From Antedon mediterranea (lineage: Eukaryota > Animalia > Echinodermata), in contig NC_092680.1 of the NCBI RefSeq assembly GCF_964355755.1, forward strand, positions 12,214,001 to 12,278,000: a stretch of DNA of 64,000 nt. The letters are read 5' to 3'. The notes beneath the pieces were generated by a model, which saw nothing but the letters and a program-made list of their open reading frames with translations, had not been told where the DNA came from and made no database searches. Position 1 is the stretch's first letter. The number at the start of each line of letters is the position of its first letter. This document shows, piece by piece, positions 1-14,400 of the stretch. The position numbers were made by a program, and so were the translations under genes.

Positions 1-467
1 GCATTGATTTTTTGTATAGGCCAATGGCATTAATGTTTTTCTCAAACCAAATTAGCCTAATAATGCCATATTTAGACACATAATTCATTGATTTCTGATA
101 TTCTGTACTTGTGTATGCATTACTAAAATAGTAGTTATTTTATTTCATTTATAATGTATGTATAAACCTTTATTCAGGTTTTTTTTTGCGTTCAAGAGTA
201 CAACCTGCTTAGTTTTTAATACGAGTACTGCTTTCTATACACATAACTTTGATTTCTGAAAAAAAAAAATCTCTGTAATAATGTACTTTAATTACATAGT
301 ACTAACATAAGTCCTCTAGGTGGATACAACTTCATAGCGTGACAAGAAAGCGCTAGGCCCCCTAAACATTCCATCGCTTGGTGAATTTCCGCATCTGTCA
401 TTGTCGCTATGGCATGACGTTGTTCAAGTCGGGCTTGCACGAAGAAAATAATGTAATTTGTATACAG

Positions 468-1051
468 TGTAATATAATGTTGCGTTGTTGAGGTACTAAT
501 GAAGACTCTGACTCGCTTGACTGTCGTAACACATATATTGTTTATTCAGTATAATACTTCAGTACAATATACAACTATAAGTATAGATAAGGAACGGAGG
601 ATCAATGATGCTGTCGGTGAGGTGTGAAGTGTGTAGGTCTGCTTCTGAAGAAGTGGCTGTGAGGTGTGTCTGGGCCCTTCTGAAACTTGGGAGTATATTG
701 GCTCCGGTTCATTTGCATATGTCACTACGTAATCTGGGAGGGTAACGATTGGTCCTAACTTGATCCAGGGGTGTTTAAGTGGGAGTGATTGATCTTATCT
801 GGGGAGGTTACATTGATGAATTGGCCCTGACGAATCTCTGCTTAAAACTGTCAATATCTAATTGTTTTACGATGGGAACAGTCACAAAATTAAGCTAAGT
901 GTTTTCTTTAGGGATTCTATTATAAACTAAATGGTCATTAAAACATCTGGACAAACTCTCCTCTGGACATTCTGGGTCAAGTTTGTGAACCTCTTTGAAT
1001 TCCGATACAAAGGTCGATTTCTTAAATATAAAAGTATATCGTTATATTACA
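468..1051 (-). mobile_element. Solo LTR (584 bp) of an LTR retrotransposon
   Basis: Starts TGTAATATAA (468) and ends TTATATTACA (1051), a perfect 10-bp terminal inverted repeat with TG..CA ends. Flanked by 4-bp direct repeat ACAG (464-467 and 1052-1055). TTTATT at 541 is AATAAA on the minus strand, suggesting minus orientation. No internal ORF. Confidence 0.8.
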
Positions 1052-1226
1052 ACAGTTGTAAATAAAGATGATTTTCATAATATAAAAATAGATATTTCAT
1101 TCTTAAATATCTGGCTAATATAACAACTCAATGACTGTTAAGTTTTTCATAAACATCGTTTAAAAAACATTTAGTCAAACATTTCACTTCGGGGGACCAA
1201 AGAATTTTTTTTGAAAAATGGCCAAA

Positions 1227-4200
1227 GATCAGCGAGAGAGAGAGATAGATCAGCGAGAGAGAGAGAGATAGATCAGCGAGAGAGAGAGATAGATCAGCGA
1301 GAGAGAGAGAGATAGATCAGCGAGAGAGAGAGATAGATCAGCGAGAGAGAGAGAGAGATAGATCAGCGAGAGAGAGAGATAAATCAGCGAGAGAGAGAGA
1401 GAGAGATAGATCAGCGAGAGAGAGAGAGAGAGATAGATCAGCGAGAGAGAGAGAGAGATAGATCAGCGAGAGAGAGAGAGAGAGATAGATCAGCGAGAGA
1501 GAGAGAGAGATAGATCAGCGAGAGAGAGAGATAGATCAGCGAGAAAGAGAGAGAGATAGACCAGCGAGAGAGAAAGATAGATCAGCGAGAGAGAGAGAGA
1601 GATAGATCAGCGAGAGAGAGAGATAGATTGATCAGCGAGAGAGAGATAAATCAGCGAGAGAGAGATAGATCAGCGAGAAAGAGAGAGATAGATCAGCGAT
1701 AGAGACATAGATCAGCGAGAGAGAGAGATAGATCAGCGAGAGAGAGAGATAGATCAGCGAGAGAGAGAGATAGATCAGCGAGAAAGAGAGAGAGAGAGAG
1801 AGAGATAGATCAGTGACAGAGAGATAGATCAGCGACAGGGAGATAGATCAGCGACAGAGAGATAGATCAGCGACAGAGAGATAGATCAGTGAGAGAGAGA
1901 TAGATCAACGACAGAGAGATAGATCAGCGAGAGAGAGAGATAGATCAGCGACAGAGAGATAGATCAGCGAGAGAGAGATAGGTCAGCGAGAGAGATATAG
2001 ATCAGCGAGAGAGATATAGATCAGCGAGAGAGAGATAGATCAGCGACAGAGAGATAGATCAGCGAGAGAGAGATAGATCAGCGAGAGAGAGATAGATCAG
2101 CGAGAGAGATAGATCAGCGAGAGAGAGATAGATCAGCGAGAGAGAGATATATCAGCGAGACACAGATAGATCAGCGAGAGAGAGATAGATCAGCGAGAGA
2201 GAGATCGACCAGCGAGACACAGATAGATCAGCGAGAGAGAGATAGATCAGCGAGACACATATATATCAGTGAGAGAGAGATAGATCAGCGAGAGAGAGTT
2301 AGATCAGCGAGAGAGAGAGATAAATCAGCGAGACACAGATATATCTGCGAGAGAGAGATAGATCAGCGAGACACAGATAGATCAGCGAGAGAGATAAATC
2401 AGTGAGAGAGAGAGATAGATCAGCGAGAGAGAGATAGATCAGCGAGAGAGAGAGATAGATCAGCGACAGAGAGAAAGATCAGCGAGAGAGAGATAGGTCA
2501 GCGAGAGAGATATAGATCAGCGAGAGAGATATAGATCAGCGAGAGAGAGATAGATTAGCGACAGAGAGATAGATCAGCGAGAGAGAGATAGATCAGCGAG
2601 AGAGAGATAGATCAGCGAGAGAGATAGATCAGCGAGAGAGAGATAGATCAGCGAGAGAGAGATATATCAGCGAGACACAGATAGATCAGCGAGAGAGAGA
2701 TAGATCAGCGAGAGAGAGATCGACCAGCGAGACACAGATAGATCAGCGAGAGAGAGATAGATCAGCGAGACACATATATATCAGCGACAGAGAGATAGAT
2801 CAGCGAGAGAGAGTTAGATCAGCGAGAGAGAAAGATAAATCAGCGAGACACAGATATATCTGCGAGAGAGAGATAGATCAGCGAGACACAGATAGATCAG
2901 CGAGAGAGATAAATCAGCGAGAGAGAGAGATAGATCAGCGAGAGAGAGATAGATCAGCGAGAGAGAGATAGATCAGCGAGAGAGAGAGAGATAGATCAGC
3001 GAGAGAGATATAGATCAGCGGGAGAGAGAGATAGATCAGCGAGAGAGAGATAGATCAGCGAGAGAGAGAGATAGATTAGCGAGAGAGAGATAGATCAGCG
3101 AGAGAGAGAGAGAGATAGATCAGCGAGAGAGAGATAGATCAGCAAGAGAGAGATAGATCAGGGAGAGAGATATAGATCAGCGAGAGGGAGATAGATCAGT
3201 GAGAGGGAGAGATAAATCAGCGAGAGAGAGATAGATCAGCGAGAGAGAGATAGATCAGCGAGAGAGAGATAGATCAGCGAGAGAGAGATAGATCAGCGAG
3301 AGAGAGAGATAGATCAGCGAGAGAGAGAGATAGATCAGAGAGAGAGAGATAGATCAGCGAGAGAGAGATAGATCAGCGAGATAGAGATAGATCAGCGAGA
3401 GAGATAGATCAGCGAGAGAGAGATAGATCAGCAGGGGAGAGATATATCAGCGAGAGAGAGATAGATCAGCGAGAGAGAGATAGATCAGCGAGATAGAGAT
3501 AGATAAGTGAGAGAGAGATAGATAAGCGACAGAGAGATGGATATCAGCGAGAGAGAGATAGATCAGAGAGACACAGATAGATCAGCGAGAGAGAGATAGA
3601 TCAGCGAGAGAGAGTTAGATCAGCGAGAGAGAGATAGATCAGCGAGACACAGATAGATCAGCGAGAGAGAGATAGATCAGCAAGACACAGATAGATCAGC
3701 GAGAGAGAGATAGATCAGCGAGAGAGGGATAGATCAGCGAGAGAGAGATAGATCTGCGAGAGAGGGATAGATCAGCGAGAGAGAGATAGATCAGCGAGAG
3801 AGGGATAGATCAGCGAGAGAGAGATAGATCAGAGATAGAGAGAGATAGATACGCGAGAGAGAGATAGATCAGCGAGAGAGAGAGATAGATCAGCGAGAGA
3901 GCGATAGATCAGCGAGAGAGAGATAGATCAGCGAGAGAGAGATAGATCAGCGAGAGAGAGATATATCAGCAAGAGAGAGATAGATCAGCGAGAGAGAGAT
4001 AGATCAGCGAGAGAGAGATAGATCAGCGAGAGAGAGAGATAGATCAGCGAGAGAGAGATAGATCAGCGAGAGAGAGAGAGAGATAGATCAGCGAGAGAGA
4101 GATAGATCAGCGTGAGAGAGATAGATCAGCGAGAGAGAGAGATAGATCAGCGAGAGAGAGAGAGAGAGAGATCAGCGAGAGAGAGATAGATCAGCGAGAG

Positions 4201-4247
4201 AGAGAGATAGATCAACGAGAGAGATAGATCAGCGAGAGAGAGATAGA

Positions 4248-4302
<55 letters not shown>

Positions 4303-4304
4303 GA

Positions 4305-4342
<38 letters not shown>

Positions 4343-7300
4343 TCAGCGAGAGAGAGATAGATCAGCAAGAGAGAGATAGATCAGCGAGAGAGATAGATCA
4401 GCGAGAGAGAGATAGATCAGCGAGAGAGAGAGATATATCAGCGAGACACAGATAGATCAGCGAGAGAGAGATAGATCAGCGAGAGGGAGATCGACCAGCG
4501 AGACACAGATAGATCAGCGAGAGAGAGATAGATCAGAGAGACACATATATATCAGCGAGAGATAGATCAGCGAGAGAGAGTTAGATCAGCGAGAGAGAGA
4601 TAGATCAGCGAGAAACAGATATATCTGCGAGAGAGAGATAGATCCGCGAGACACAGATAGATCAGCGAGAGAGATAGATCAGCGAGAGAGAGATAGATCA
4701 GCGAGAGAGAGATAGATCAGCGAGAGAGAGAGATAGATCAGCGAGAGAGAGATAGATCAGCGAGAGAGAGATAGATCAGCGAGAGAGATATAGATCAGCG
4801 AGAGAGAGAGATAGATCAGCGAGAGAGAGATAGATCAGCGAGAGAGAGAGAGAGATAGATCAGCGAGAGAGAGAGAGATGGATCAGCGAGAGAGAGATAG
4901 ATCAGCGAGAGAGAGAGATAGTCCAGCGAGAGAGAGATAGATCAGCAAGAGAGAGATAGATCAGCGAGAGAGTGATAGATCAGCGAGAGGGAGATAGATC
5001 AGTGAGAGGGAGAGATAGATCAGCGAGAGAGAGATAGATCAGCGAGAGAGAGATAGATCAGCGAGAGAGAGATAAATCAGCGAGAGAGAGATAGATCAGC
5101 GAGAGAGAGAGATAGATCAGCGAGAGAGAGATAGATCAGAGAGAGAGAGATAGATCAGCGAGAGAGAGATAGATCAGCGAGATAGAGATAGATCAGCGAG
5201 AGAGAGATAGATCAGCGAGATAGAGATAGATCAGCGAGAGAGATAGATCAGCGAGAGAAAGATAGATCAGCAAGAGAGAGATATATCAGCGAGAGAGAGA
5301 TAGATCAGCGAGAGAGAGATAGATCAGCGAGATAGAGATAGATAAGCGAGAGAGAGATAGATAAGCGACAGAGAGATGGATATCAGCGAGAGAGAGATAG
5401 ATCAGAGAGACACAAATAGATCAGCGGGGGAGAGATAGATCAGCGAGAGAGAGTTAGATCAGCGAGAGAGAGATAGATCAGCGAGACACAGATAGATCAG
5501 CGAGAGAGAGATAGATCAGCAAGACACAGATAGATCAGCGAGAGAGAGATAAATCAGCGAGAGAGGGATAGATCAGCGAGAGAGAGATAGATCAGCGAGT
5601 GAGGGATAGATCAGCGAGAGAGAGATAGATCAGCGAGAGAGAGATAGATCAGCAAGAGAGGGATAGATCAGCGAGAGAGATATATCAGCGAGAGAGAGAT
5701 ATATCAGCGGGAGAGAGATAGATCAGCAAGAGAGAGATAGATCAGCGAGAGAGAGATAGATCAGCGAGAGGGAGATAGATCAGTGAGAGGGAGAGATAGA
5801 TCAGCGAGAGAGAGATAGATCAGCGAGAGAGAGATATATCAGCGAGAGAGAGATAGATCAGCGAGAGAGAGATAGATCAGCGAGAGAGAGAGAGATAGAT
5901 CAGCGAGAGAGAGAGATAGATCAGAGAGAGAGAGAGATAGATCAGCGAGAGAGAGATAGATCAGCGAGATAGAGATAGATCAGCGAGAGAGATAGATCAG
6001 CGAGAGAGAGATAGATCAGCAGGGGAGAGATATATCAGCGAGAGAGAGATAGATCAGCGAGAGAGAGATAGATCAGCGAGATAGAGATAGATAAGCGAGA
6101 GAGAGATAGATAAGCGACAGAGAGATGGATATCAGCGAGAGAGAGATAGATCAGAGAGACACAGATAGATCAGCGAGAGAGAGATAGATCAGCGAGAGAG
6201 AGTTAGATCAGCGAGAGAGAGATAGATCAGCGAGACACAGATAGATCAGCGAAAGAGAGATAGATCAGCAAGACACAGATAGATCAGCGAGAGAGAGATA
6301 GATCAGCGAGAGAGGGATAGATCAGCGAGAGAGAGATAGATCTGCGAGAGAGGGATAGATCAGCGAGAAAGAGATAGATCAGCGAGAGAGGGATAGATCA
6401 GCGAGAGAGAGATAGATCAGCGAGAGAGAGATAGATCAGCGAGAGAGAGATATATCAGCAAGAGAGAGATAGATCAGCGAGAGAGAGATAGATCAGCGAG
6501 AGAGAGATAGATCAGCGAGAGAGAGAGATAGATTAGCGAGAGAGAGATAGATCAGCGAGAGAGAGAGAGAGATAGATCAGCGAGAGAGAGATAGATCAGC
6601 GTGAGAGAGATAGATCAGCGAGAGAGAGATAGATCAGCGAGATAGAGAGAGAGATCAGCGAAAGAGAGATAGATCAGCGAGAGAGAGATATATCAGTGAG
6701 AGAGAGATAGATCAGCGAGAGAGAGATAGATCAGCGAGATAGAGATAGATAAGCGAGAGAGAGATAGATAAGCGACAGAGAGATGGATATCAGCGAGAGA
6801 GAGATAGATCAGAGAGACACAGATAGATCAGTGGGGGAGAGATAGATCAGCGAGAGAGAGTTAGATCAGCGAGAGAGAGATAGATCAGCGAGACACAGAT
6901 AGATCAGCGAGAGAGAGATAGATCAGCAAGAGAGAGATATATCAGCGAGAGAGAGATAGATCAGCGAGATAGAGATAGATAAGCGAGAGAGAGATAGATA
7001 AGCAAGAGAGAGATATATCAGCGAGAGAGAGATAGATCAGCGAGATAGAGATAGATAAGCGAGAGAGAGATAGATAAGCGACAGAGATATCAGCGAGAGA
7101 GAGATAGATCAGAGAGACACAAATAGATCAGCGGGGGAGAGATAGATCAGCGAGAGAGAGTTAGATCAGCGAGAGAGAGATAGATCAGCGAGACACAGAT
7201 AGATCAGCGAGAGAGAGATAGATCAGCAAGACACAGATAGATCAGCGAGAGAGAGATAGATCAGCGAGAGAGGGATAGATCAGCGAGAGAGAGATAGATC

Positions 7301-9450
7301 AGCGAGTGAGGGATAGATCAGCGAGAGAGAGATAGATCAGCGAGAGAGAGATAGATCAGCGAGAGAGGGATAGATCAGCGAGAGAGATATATCAGCGAGA
7401 GAGAGATATATCAGCGGGAGAGAGATAGATCAGCAAGAGAGAGATAGATCAGCGAGAGAGAGATAGATCAGCGAGAGGGAGATAGATCAGTGAGAGGGAG
7501 AGATAGATCAGCGAGAGAGAGATAGATCAGCGAGAGAGAGATAGATCAGCGAAAGAGAGATAGATCAGCGAGAGAGAGATAGATCAGCGAGAGAGAGAGA
7601 TAGATCAGCGAGAGAGAGAGATAGATCAGAGAGAGAGAGAGATAGATCAGCGAGAGAGAGATAGATCAGCGAGATAGAGATAGATCAGCGAGAGAGATAG
7701 ATCAGCGAGAGAGAGATAGATCAGCAGGGGAGAGATATATCAGCGAGAGAGAGATAGATCAGCGAGAGAGAGATAGATCAGCGAGATAGAGATAGATAAG
7801 CGAGAGAGAGATAGATAAGCGACAGAGAGATGGATATCAGCGAGAGAGAGATAGATCAGAGAGACACAGATAGATCAGCGAGAGAGAGATAGATCAGCGA
7901 GAGAGAGTTAGATCAGCGAGAGAGAGATAGATCAGCGAGACACAGATAGATCAGCGAAAGAGAGATAGATCAGCAAGACACAGATAGATCAGCGAGAGAG
8001 AGATAGATAAGCGAGAGAGGGATAGATCAGCGAGAGAGAGATAGATCTGCGAGAGAGGGATAGATCAGCGAGAAAGAGATAGATCAGCGAGAGAGGGATA
8101 GATCAGCGAGAGAGAGATAGATCAGCGAGAGAGAGATAGATCAGCGAGAGAGAGATATATCAGCAAGAGAGAGATAGATCAGCGAGAGAGAGATAGATCA
8201 GCGAGAGAGAGATAGATCAGCGAGAGAGAGAGATAGATTAGCGAGAGAGAGATAGATCAGCGAGAGAGAGAGAGAGATAGATCAGCGAGAGAGAGATAGA
8301 TCAGCGTGAGAGAGATAGATCAGCGAGAGAGAGATAGATCAGCGAGATAGAGAGAGAGATCAGCGAAAGAGAGATAGATCAGCGAGAGAGAGATATATCA
8401 GTGAGAGAGAGATAGATCAGCGAGAGAGAGATAGATCAGCGAGATAGAGATAGATAAGCGAGAGAGAGATAGATAAGCGACAGAGAGATGGATATCAGCG
8501 AGAGAGAGATAGATCAGAGAGACACAGATAGATCAGTGGGGGAGAGATAGATCAGCGAGAGAGAGTTAGATCAGCGAGAGAGAGATAGATCAGCGAGACA
8601 CAGATAGATCAGCGAGAGAGAGATAGATCAGCAAGAGAGAGATATATCAGCGAGAGAGAGATAGATCAGCGAGAGAGAGATAGATCAGCGAGATAGAGAT
8701 AGATAAGCGAGAGAGAGATAGATAAGTGACAGAGAGATGGATATCAGCGAGAGAGAGATAGATCAGAGAGACACAGATAGATCAGCGGGAAAGAGATAGA
8801 TCAGCGAGAGAGAGTTAGATCAGCGAGAGAGAGATAGATCCGCGAGACACAGATAGATCAGCGAGAGAGATAGATCAGCGAGAGAGAGATAGATCAGCGA
8901 GAGAGAGAGATAGATCAGCGAGAGAGAGAGATAGATCAGCGAGAGAGAGATAGATCAGCGAGAGAGAGATAGATCAGCGAGAGAGATATAGATCAGCGAG
9001 AGAGAGATAGATCAGCGAGTGAGGGATAGATCAGCGAGAGAGATAGATCAGAGAGAGAGAGATAGATCAGCGAGAGAGAGAGATAGATCAGCGAGAGAGC
9101 GATAGATCAGCGAGAGAGCGATAGATCAGGGAGAGAGAGATAGATCAGCGAGATAGAGATATATCAGCGAGAGAGAGATACATCAGCGGGAGAGAGATAG
9201 ATCAGCGAGAGAGAGATAGATCAGCGAGAAAGAGAGATAGATCAGCGAGAGAGAGAGAGAGAGAGATAGATCAGCGAGAGGAGAGAGAGATAGATCAGCG
9301 TGAGAGAGATAGATCAGCGAGAGAGAGATAGATCAGCGAGAGAGAGAGAGAGAGAGAGAGATCAGCGAGAGAGAGATAGATCAGTGAGAGGGAGAGATAG
9401 ATCAGCGAGAGAGAGATAGATCAGCGAGAGAGAGATAGATCAACGAGAGA

Positions 9451-9494
<44 letters not shown>

Positions 9495-11375
9495 TCAGCA
9501 AGAGAGAGATAGATCAGCGAGAGAGAGATAGATCAGCGAGAGGGAGATAAATCAGCTAGAGAGAGATAGATCAGCGAGAGAGAGATAGATCAGCGAGAGA
9601 GAGATAGATCAGCGAGAGAGATAGATCAGCGAGAGAGAGATAGATCAGAGAGAGAGAGAGATAGATCAGCGAGAGAGAGATAGATCAGCGAGATAGAGAT
9701 AGATCAGCGAGATAGAGATAGATAAGCGAGAGAGAGATAGATAAGCGACAGAGAGATGGATATCAGCGAGAGAGAGATAGATCAGAGAGACACAGATAGA
9801 TCAGCGGGGGAGAGATAGATCAGCGAGAGAGAGTTAGATCAGCGAGAGAGAGATAGATCAGCGAGACACAGATAGATCAGCGAGAGAGATATAGATCAGC
9901 GACAGAGAGATAGATCAGCGAGAGAGAGATAGATGAGCGAGAAAGAGATAGGTCAACGACCGAGAGATAGATCAGCGAGAGAGAGATAGATCAGCGACAG
10001 AGAGATAGATAGATCAGCGAGAGAGAGATAGATCAGCGAGAGAGAGAGATAGATCAGCGAGAGAGATAGATCAGAGAGAGAGAGATAGATCAGCGAGAGA
10101 GAGAGATAGATCAGCGAGAGAGCGATAGATCAGCGAGAGAGCGATAGATCAGGGAGAGAGAGATAGATCAGCGAGAGAGAGATATATCAGCGAGAGAGAG
10201 ATATATCAGCGGGAGAGAGATAGATCAGCGAGAGAGAGATAGATCAGCGAGAAAGAGAGATAGATCAGCGAGAGAGAGATAGATCAGCGAGAGAGAGATA
10301 GATCAGCAATAGAGAGAGAGATAGATCAGCGAGATAGAGATAGATCAGCGAGAGGGAGATAAATCAGCTAGAGAGAGATAGATCAGCGAGAGAGAGATAG
10401 ATCAGCGAGAGAGAGATAGATCAGCGAGAGAGAGAGAGAGATAGATCAGCGAGAGAGAGATAGATAAGCGACAGAGAGATTGATATCAGCGAGAGAGAGA
10501 TAGATCAGAGAGACACAGATAGATCAGCGGGGGAGAGATTGATCAGCGAGAGAGAGTTAGATCAGCGAGAGAGAGATAGATCAGCGAGACACAGATAGAT
10601 CAGCGAGAGAGAGATAGATCAGCAAGACACAGATAGATCAGCGAGAGAGAGATAGATCAGCGAGAGAGGGATAGATCCGCGAGAGAGAGATAGATCAGCG
10701 AGAGAGGGATAGATCAGCGACAGAGAGATAGATCAGCGAGAGAGAGATAGATCAACGACAGAGAGATAGATCCGCGAGACACAGATAGATCAGCGAGAGA
10801 GATAGATCAGCGAGAGAGAGATAGATCAGCGAGAGAGAGAGATAGATCAGCGAGAGAGAGAGATAGATCAGCGAGAGAGAGATAGATCAGCGAGAGAGAG
10901 ATAGATCAGCGAGAGAGATATAGATCAGCGAGAGAGAGATAGATCAGCGAGAGAGGGATAGATCAGCGAGAGAGATAGATCAGAGAGAGAGAGATAGATC
11001 AGCGAGAGAGAGAGATAGATCAGCGAGAGAGCGATAGATCAGCGAGAGAGCGATAGATCAGGGAGAGAGAGATAGATCAGCGAGATAGAGATATATCAGC
11101 GAGAGAGAGATACATCAGCGGGAGAGAGATAGATCAGCGAGAGAGAGATAGATCAGCGAGAAAGAGAGATAGATCAGCGAGAGAGAGAGAGAGAGAGAGA
11201 GATAGATCAGCGAGAGGAGAGAGAGATAGATCAGCGTGAGAGAGATAGATCAGCGAGAGAGAGATAGATCAGCGAGAGAGAGAGAGAGAGAGAGATCAGC
11301 GAGAGAGAGATAGATCAGTGAGAGGGAGAGATAGATCAGCGAGAGAGAGATAGATCAGCGAGAGAGAGATAGATC

Positions 11376-11438
<63 letters not shown>

Positions 11439-14400
11439 TCAGCAAGAGAGAGATAGATCAGCGAGAGAGAGATAGATCAGCGAGAGGGAGATAAATCAGC
11501 TAGAGAGAGATAGATCAGCGAGAGAGAGATAGATCAGCGAGAGAGAGATAGATCAGCGAGAGAGATAGATCAGCGAGAGAGAGATAGATCAGAGAGAGAG
11601 AGAGATAGATCAGCGAGAGAGAGATAGATCAGCGAGATAGAGATAGATCAGCGAGATAGAGATAGATAAGCGAGAGAGAGATAGATAAGCGACAGAGAGA
11701 TGGATATCAGCGAGAGAGAGATAGATCAGAGAGACACAGATAGATCAGCGGGGGAGAGATAGATCAGCGAGAGAGAGTTAGATCAGCGAGTGAGAGATAG
11801 ATCAGCGAGACACAGATAGATCAGCGAGAGAGATATAGATCAGCGACAGAGAGATAGATCAGCGAGAGAGAGATAGATGAGCGAGAAAGAGATAGGTCAA
11901 CGACCGAGAGATAGATCAGCGAGAGAGAGATAGATCAGCGACAGAGAGATAGATAGATCAGCGAGAGAGAGATAGATCAGCGAGAGAGAGAGATAGATCA
12001 GCGAGAGAGATAGATCAGAGAGAGAGAGATAGATCAGCGAGAGAGAGAGATAGATCAGCGAGAGAGCGATAGATCAGCGAGAGAGCGATAGATCAGGGAG
12101 AGAGAGATAGATCAGCGAGAGAGAGATATATCAGCGAGAGAGAGATATATCAGCGGGAGAGAGATAGATCAGCGAGAGAGAGATAGATCAGCGAGAAAGA
12201 GAGATAGATCAGCGAGAGAGAGATAGATCAGCGAGAGAGAGATAGATCAGCAATAGAGAGAGAGATAGATCAGCGAGATAGAGATAGATCAGCGAGAGGG
12301 AGATAAATCAGCTAGAGAGAGATAGATCAGCGAGAGAGAGATAGATCAGCGAGAGAGAGATAGATCAGCGAGAGAGAGAGAGAGATAGATCAGCGAGAGA
12401 GAGATAGATAAGCGACAGAGAGATTGATATCAGCGAGAGAGAGATAGATCAGAGAGACACAGATAGATCAGCGGGGGAGAGATTGATCAGCGAGAGAGAG
12501 TTAGATCAGCGAGAGAGAGATAGATCAGCGAGACACAGATAGATCAGCGAGAGAGAGATAGATCAGCAAGACACAGATAGATCAGCGAGAGAGAGATAGA
12601 TCAGCGAGAGAGGGATAGATCCGCGAGAGAGAGATAGATCAGCGAGAGAGGGATAGATCAGCGACAGAGAGATAGATCAGCGAGAGAGAGATAGATCAAC
12701 GACAGAGAGATAGATCAGCGAGAGAGAGATAGATCAGCGACAGAGAGATAGATAGATCAGCGAGAGAGAGATAGATCAGCGAGAGAGAGAGATAGATCAG
12801 CGAGAGAGATATAGATCAGCAAGAGAGAGATAGATCAGCGACAGAGAGATAGATCAGCTAGAGAGAGATAGATGAGCGAGAGAGAGATAGATCAGCGAGA
12901 GAGATAGATCAGCGAGAGAGAGATAGATCAGCGAGAGAGAGAGATATATATCAGTGAGACACATATAGATCAGCGAGAGAGAGATAGATCAGCGAGAGAG
13001 AGATAGATCAGCGAGAGGGAGATAGATCAGCGAGACACAGATAGATCAGTGAGAGAGAGATAGATCAGCGAGACACAGATAGATCAGCAAGAGAGAGATA
13101 GATCAGCGAAAGAGAGTTAGATCAGCGAGAGAGAGAGATATAGATCAGCGAGACACAGATAGATCAGCGAGAGAGAGATAGATCAGCGAGAGAGAGATAG
13201 ATCAGCGAGAGGGAGATAAATCAGCTAGAGAGAGATAGATCAGCGAGAGAGAGATAGATCAGCGAGAGAGAGATAGATCAGCGAGAGAGATAGATCAGCG
13301 AGAGAGAGATAGATCAGAGAGAGAGAGAGATAGATCAGCGAGAGAGAGATAGATCAGCGAGATAGAGATAGATCAGCGAGATAGAGATAGATAAGCGAGA
13401 GAGAGATAGATAAGCGACAGAGAGATGGATATCAGCGAGAGAGAGATAGATCAGAGAGACACAGATAGATCAGCGGGGGAGAGATAGATCAGCGAGAGAG
13501 AGTTAGATCAGCGAGAGAGAGATAGATCAGCGAGACACAGATAGATCAGCGAGAGAGATATAGATCAGCGACAGAGAGATAGATCAGCGAGAGAGAGATA
13601 GATGAGCGAGAGAGAGATAGGTCAACGACAGAGAGATAGATCAGCGAGAGAGAGATAGATCAGCGACAGAGAGATAGATAGATCAGCGAGAGAGAGATAG
13701 ATCAGCGAGAGAGAGAGATAGATCAGCGAGAGAGATAGATCAGCGAGAGAGAGAGATAGATCAGCGAGAGAGCGATAGATCAGCGAGAGAGCGATAGATC
13801 AGGGAGAGAGAGATAGATCAGCGAGAGAGAGATATATCAGCGAGAGAGAGATATATCAGCGGGAGAGAGATAGATCAGCGAGAGAGAGATAGATCAGCGA
13901 GAAAGAGAGATAGATCAGCGAGAGAGAGATAGATCAGCGAGAGAGAGAGAGAGAGATAGATCAGCGAGAGATAGATAGATCAGCGAGAGAGAGATAGATC
14001 AGCGAGAGGGAGATAAATCAGATAGAGAGAGATAGATCAGCGAGAGAGAGATAGATCAGCGAGAGAGAGATAGATCAGCGAGAGAGAGAGAGAGAGATAG
14101 ATCAGCGAGAGAGAGATAGATAAGCGACAGAGAAATGGATATCAGCGAGAGAGAGATAGATCAGAGAGACACAGATAGATCAGCGGGGGAGAGATAGATC
14201 AGTGAGAGAGAGTTAGATCAGCGAGAGAGAGATAGATCAGCGAGACACAGATAGATAAGCGAGAGAGAGATAGATCAGCAAGACACAGATAGATCAGCGA
14301 GAGAGAGATAGATCAGCGAGAGAGAGATAGATCCGTGAGAGAGAGATAGATCAGCGAGAGAGGGATAGATCAGCGACAGAGAGATAGATCAGCGAGAGAG

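Noticed and set aside
4147-4368. 73-aa Leu/Ser ORF
   Set aside because: Translation of the (TC)n satellite strand.
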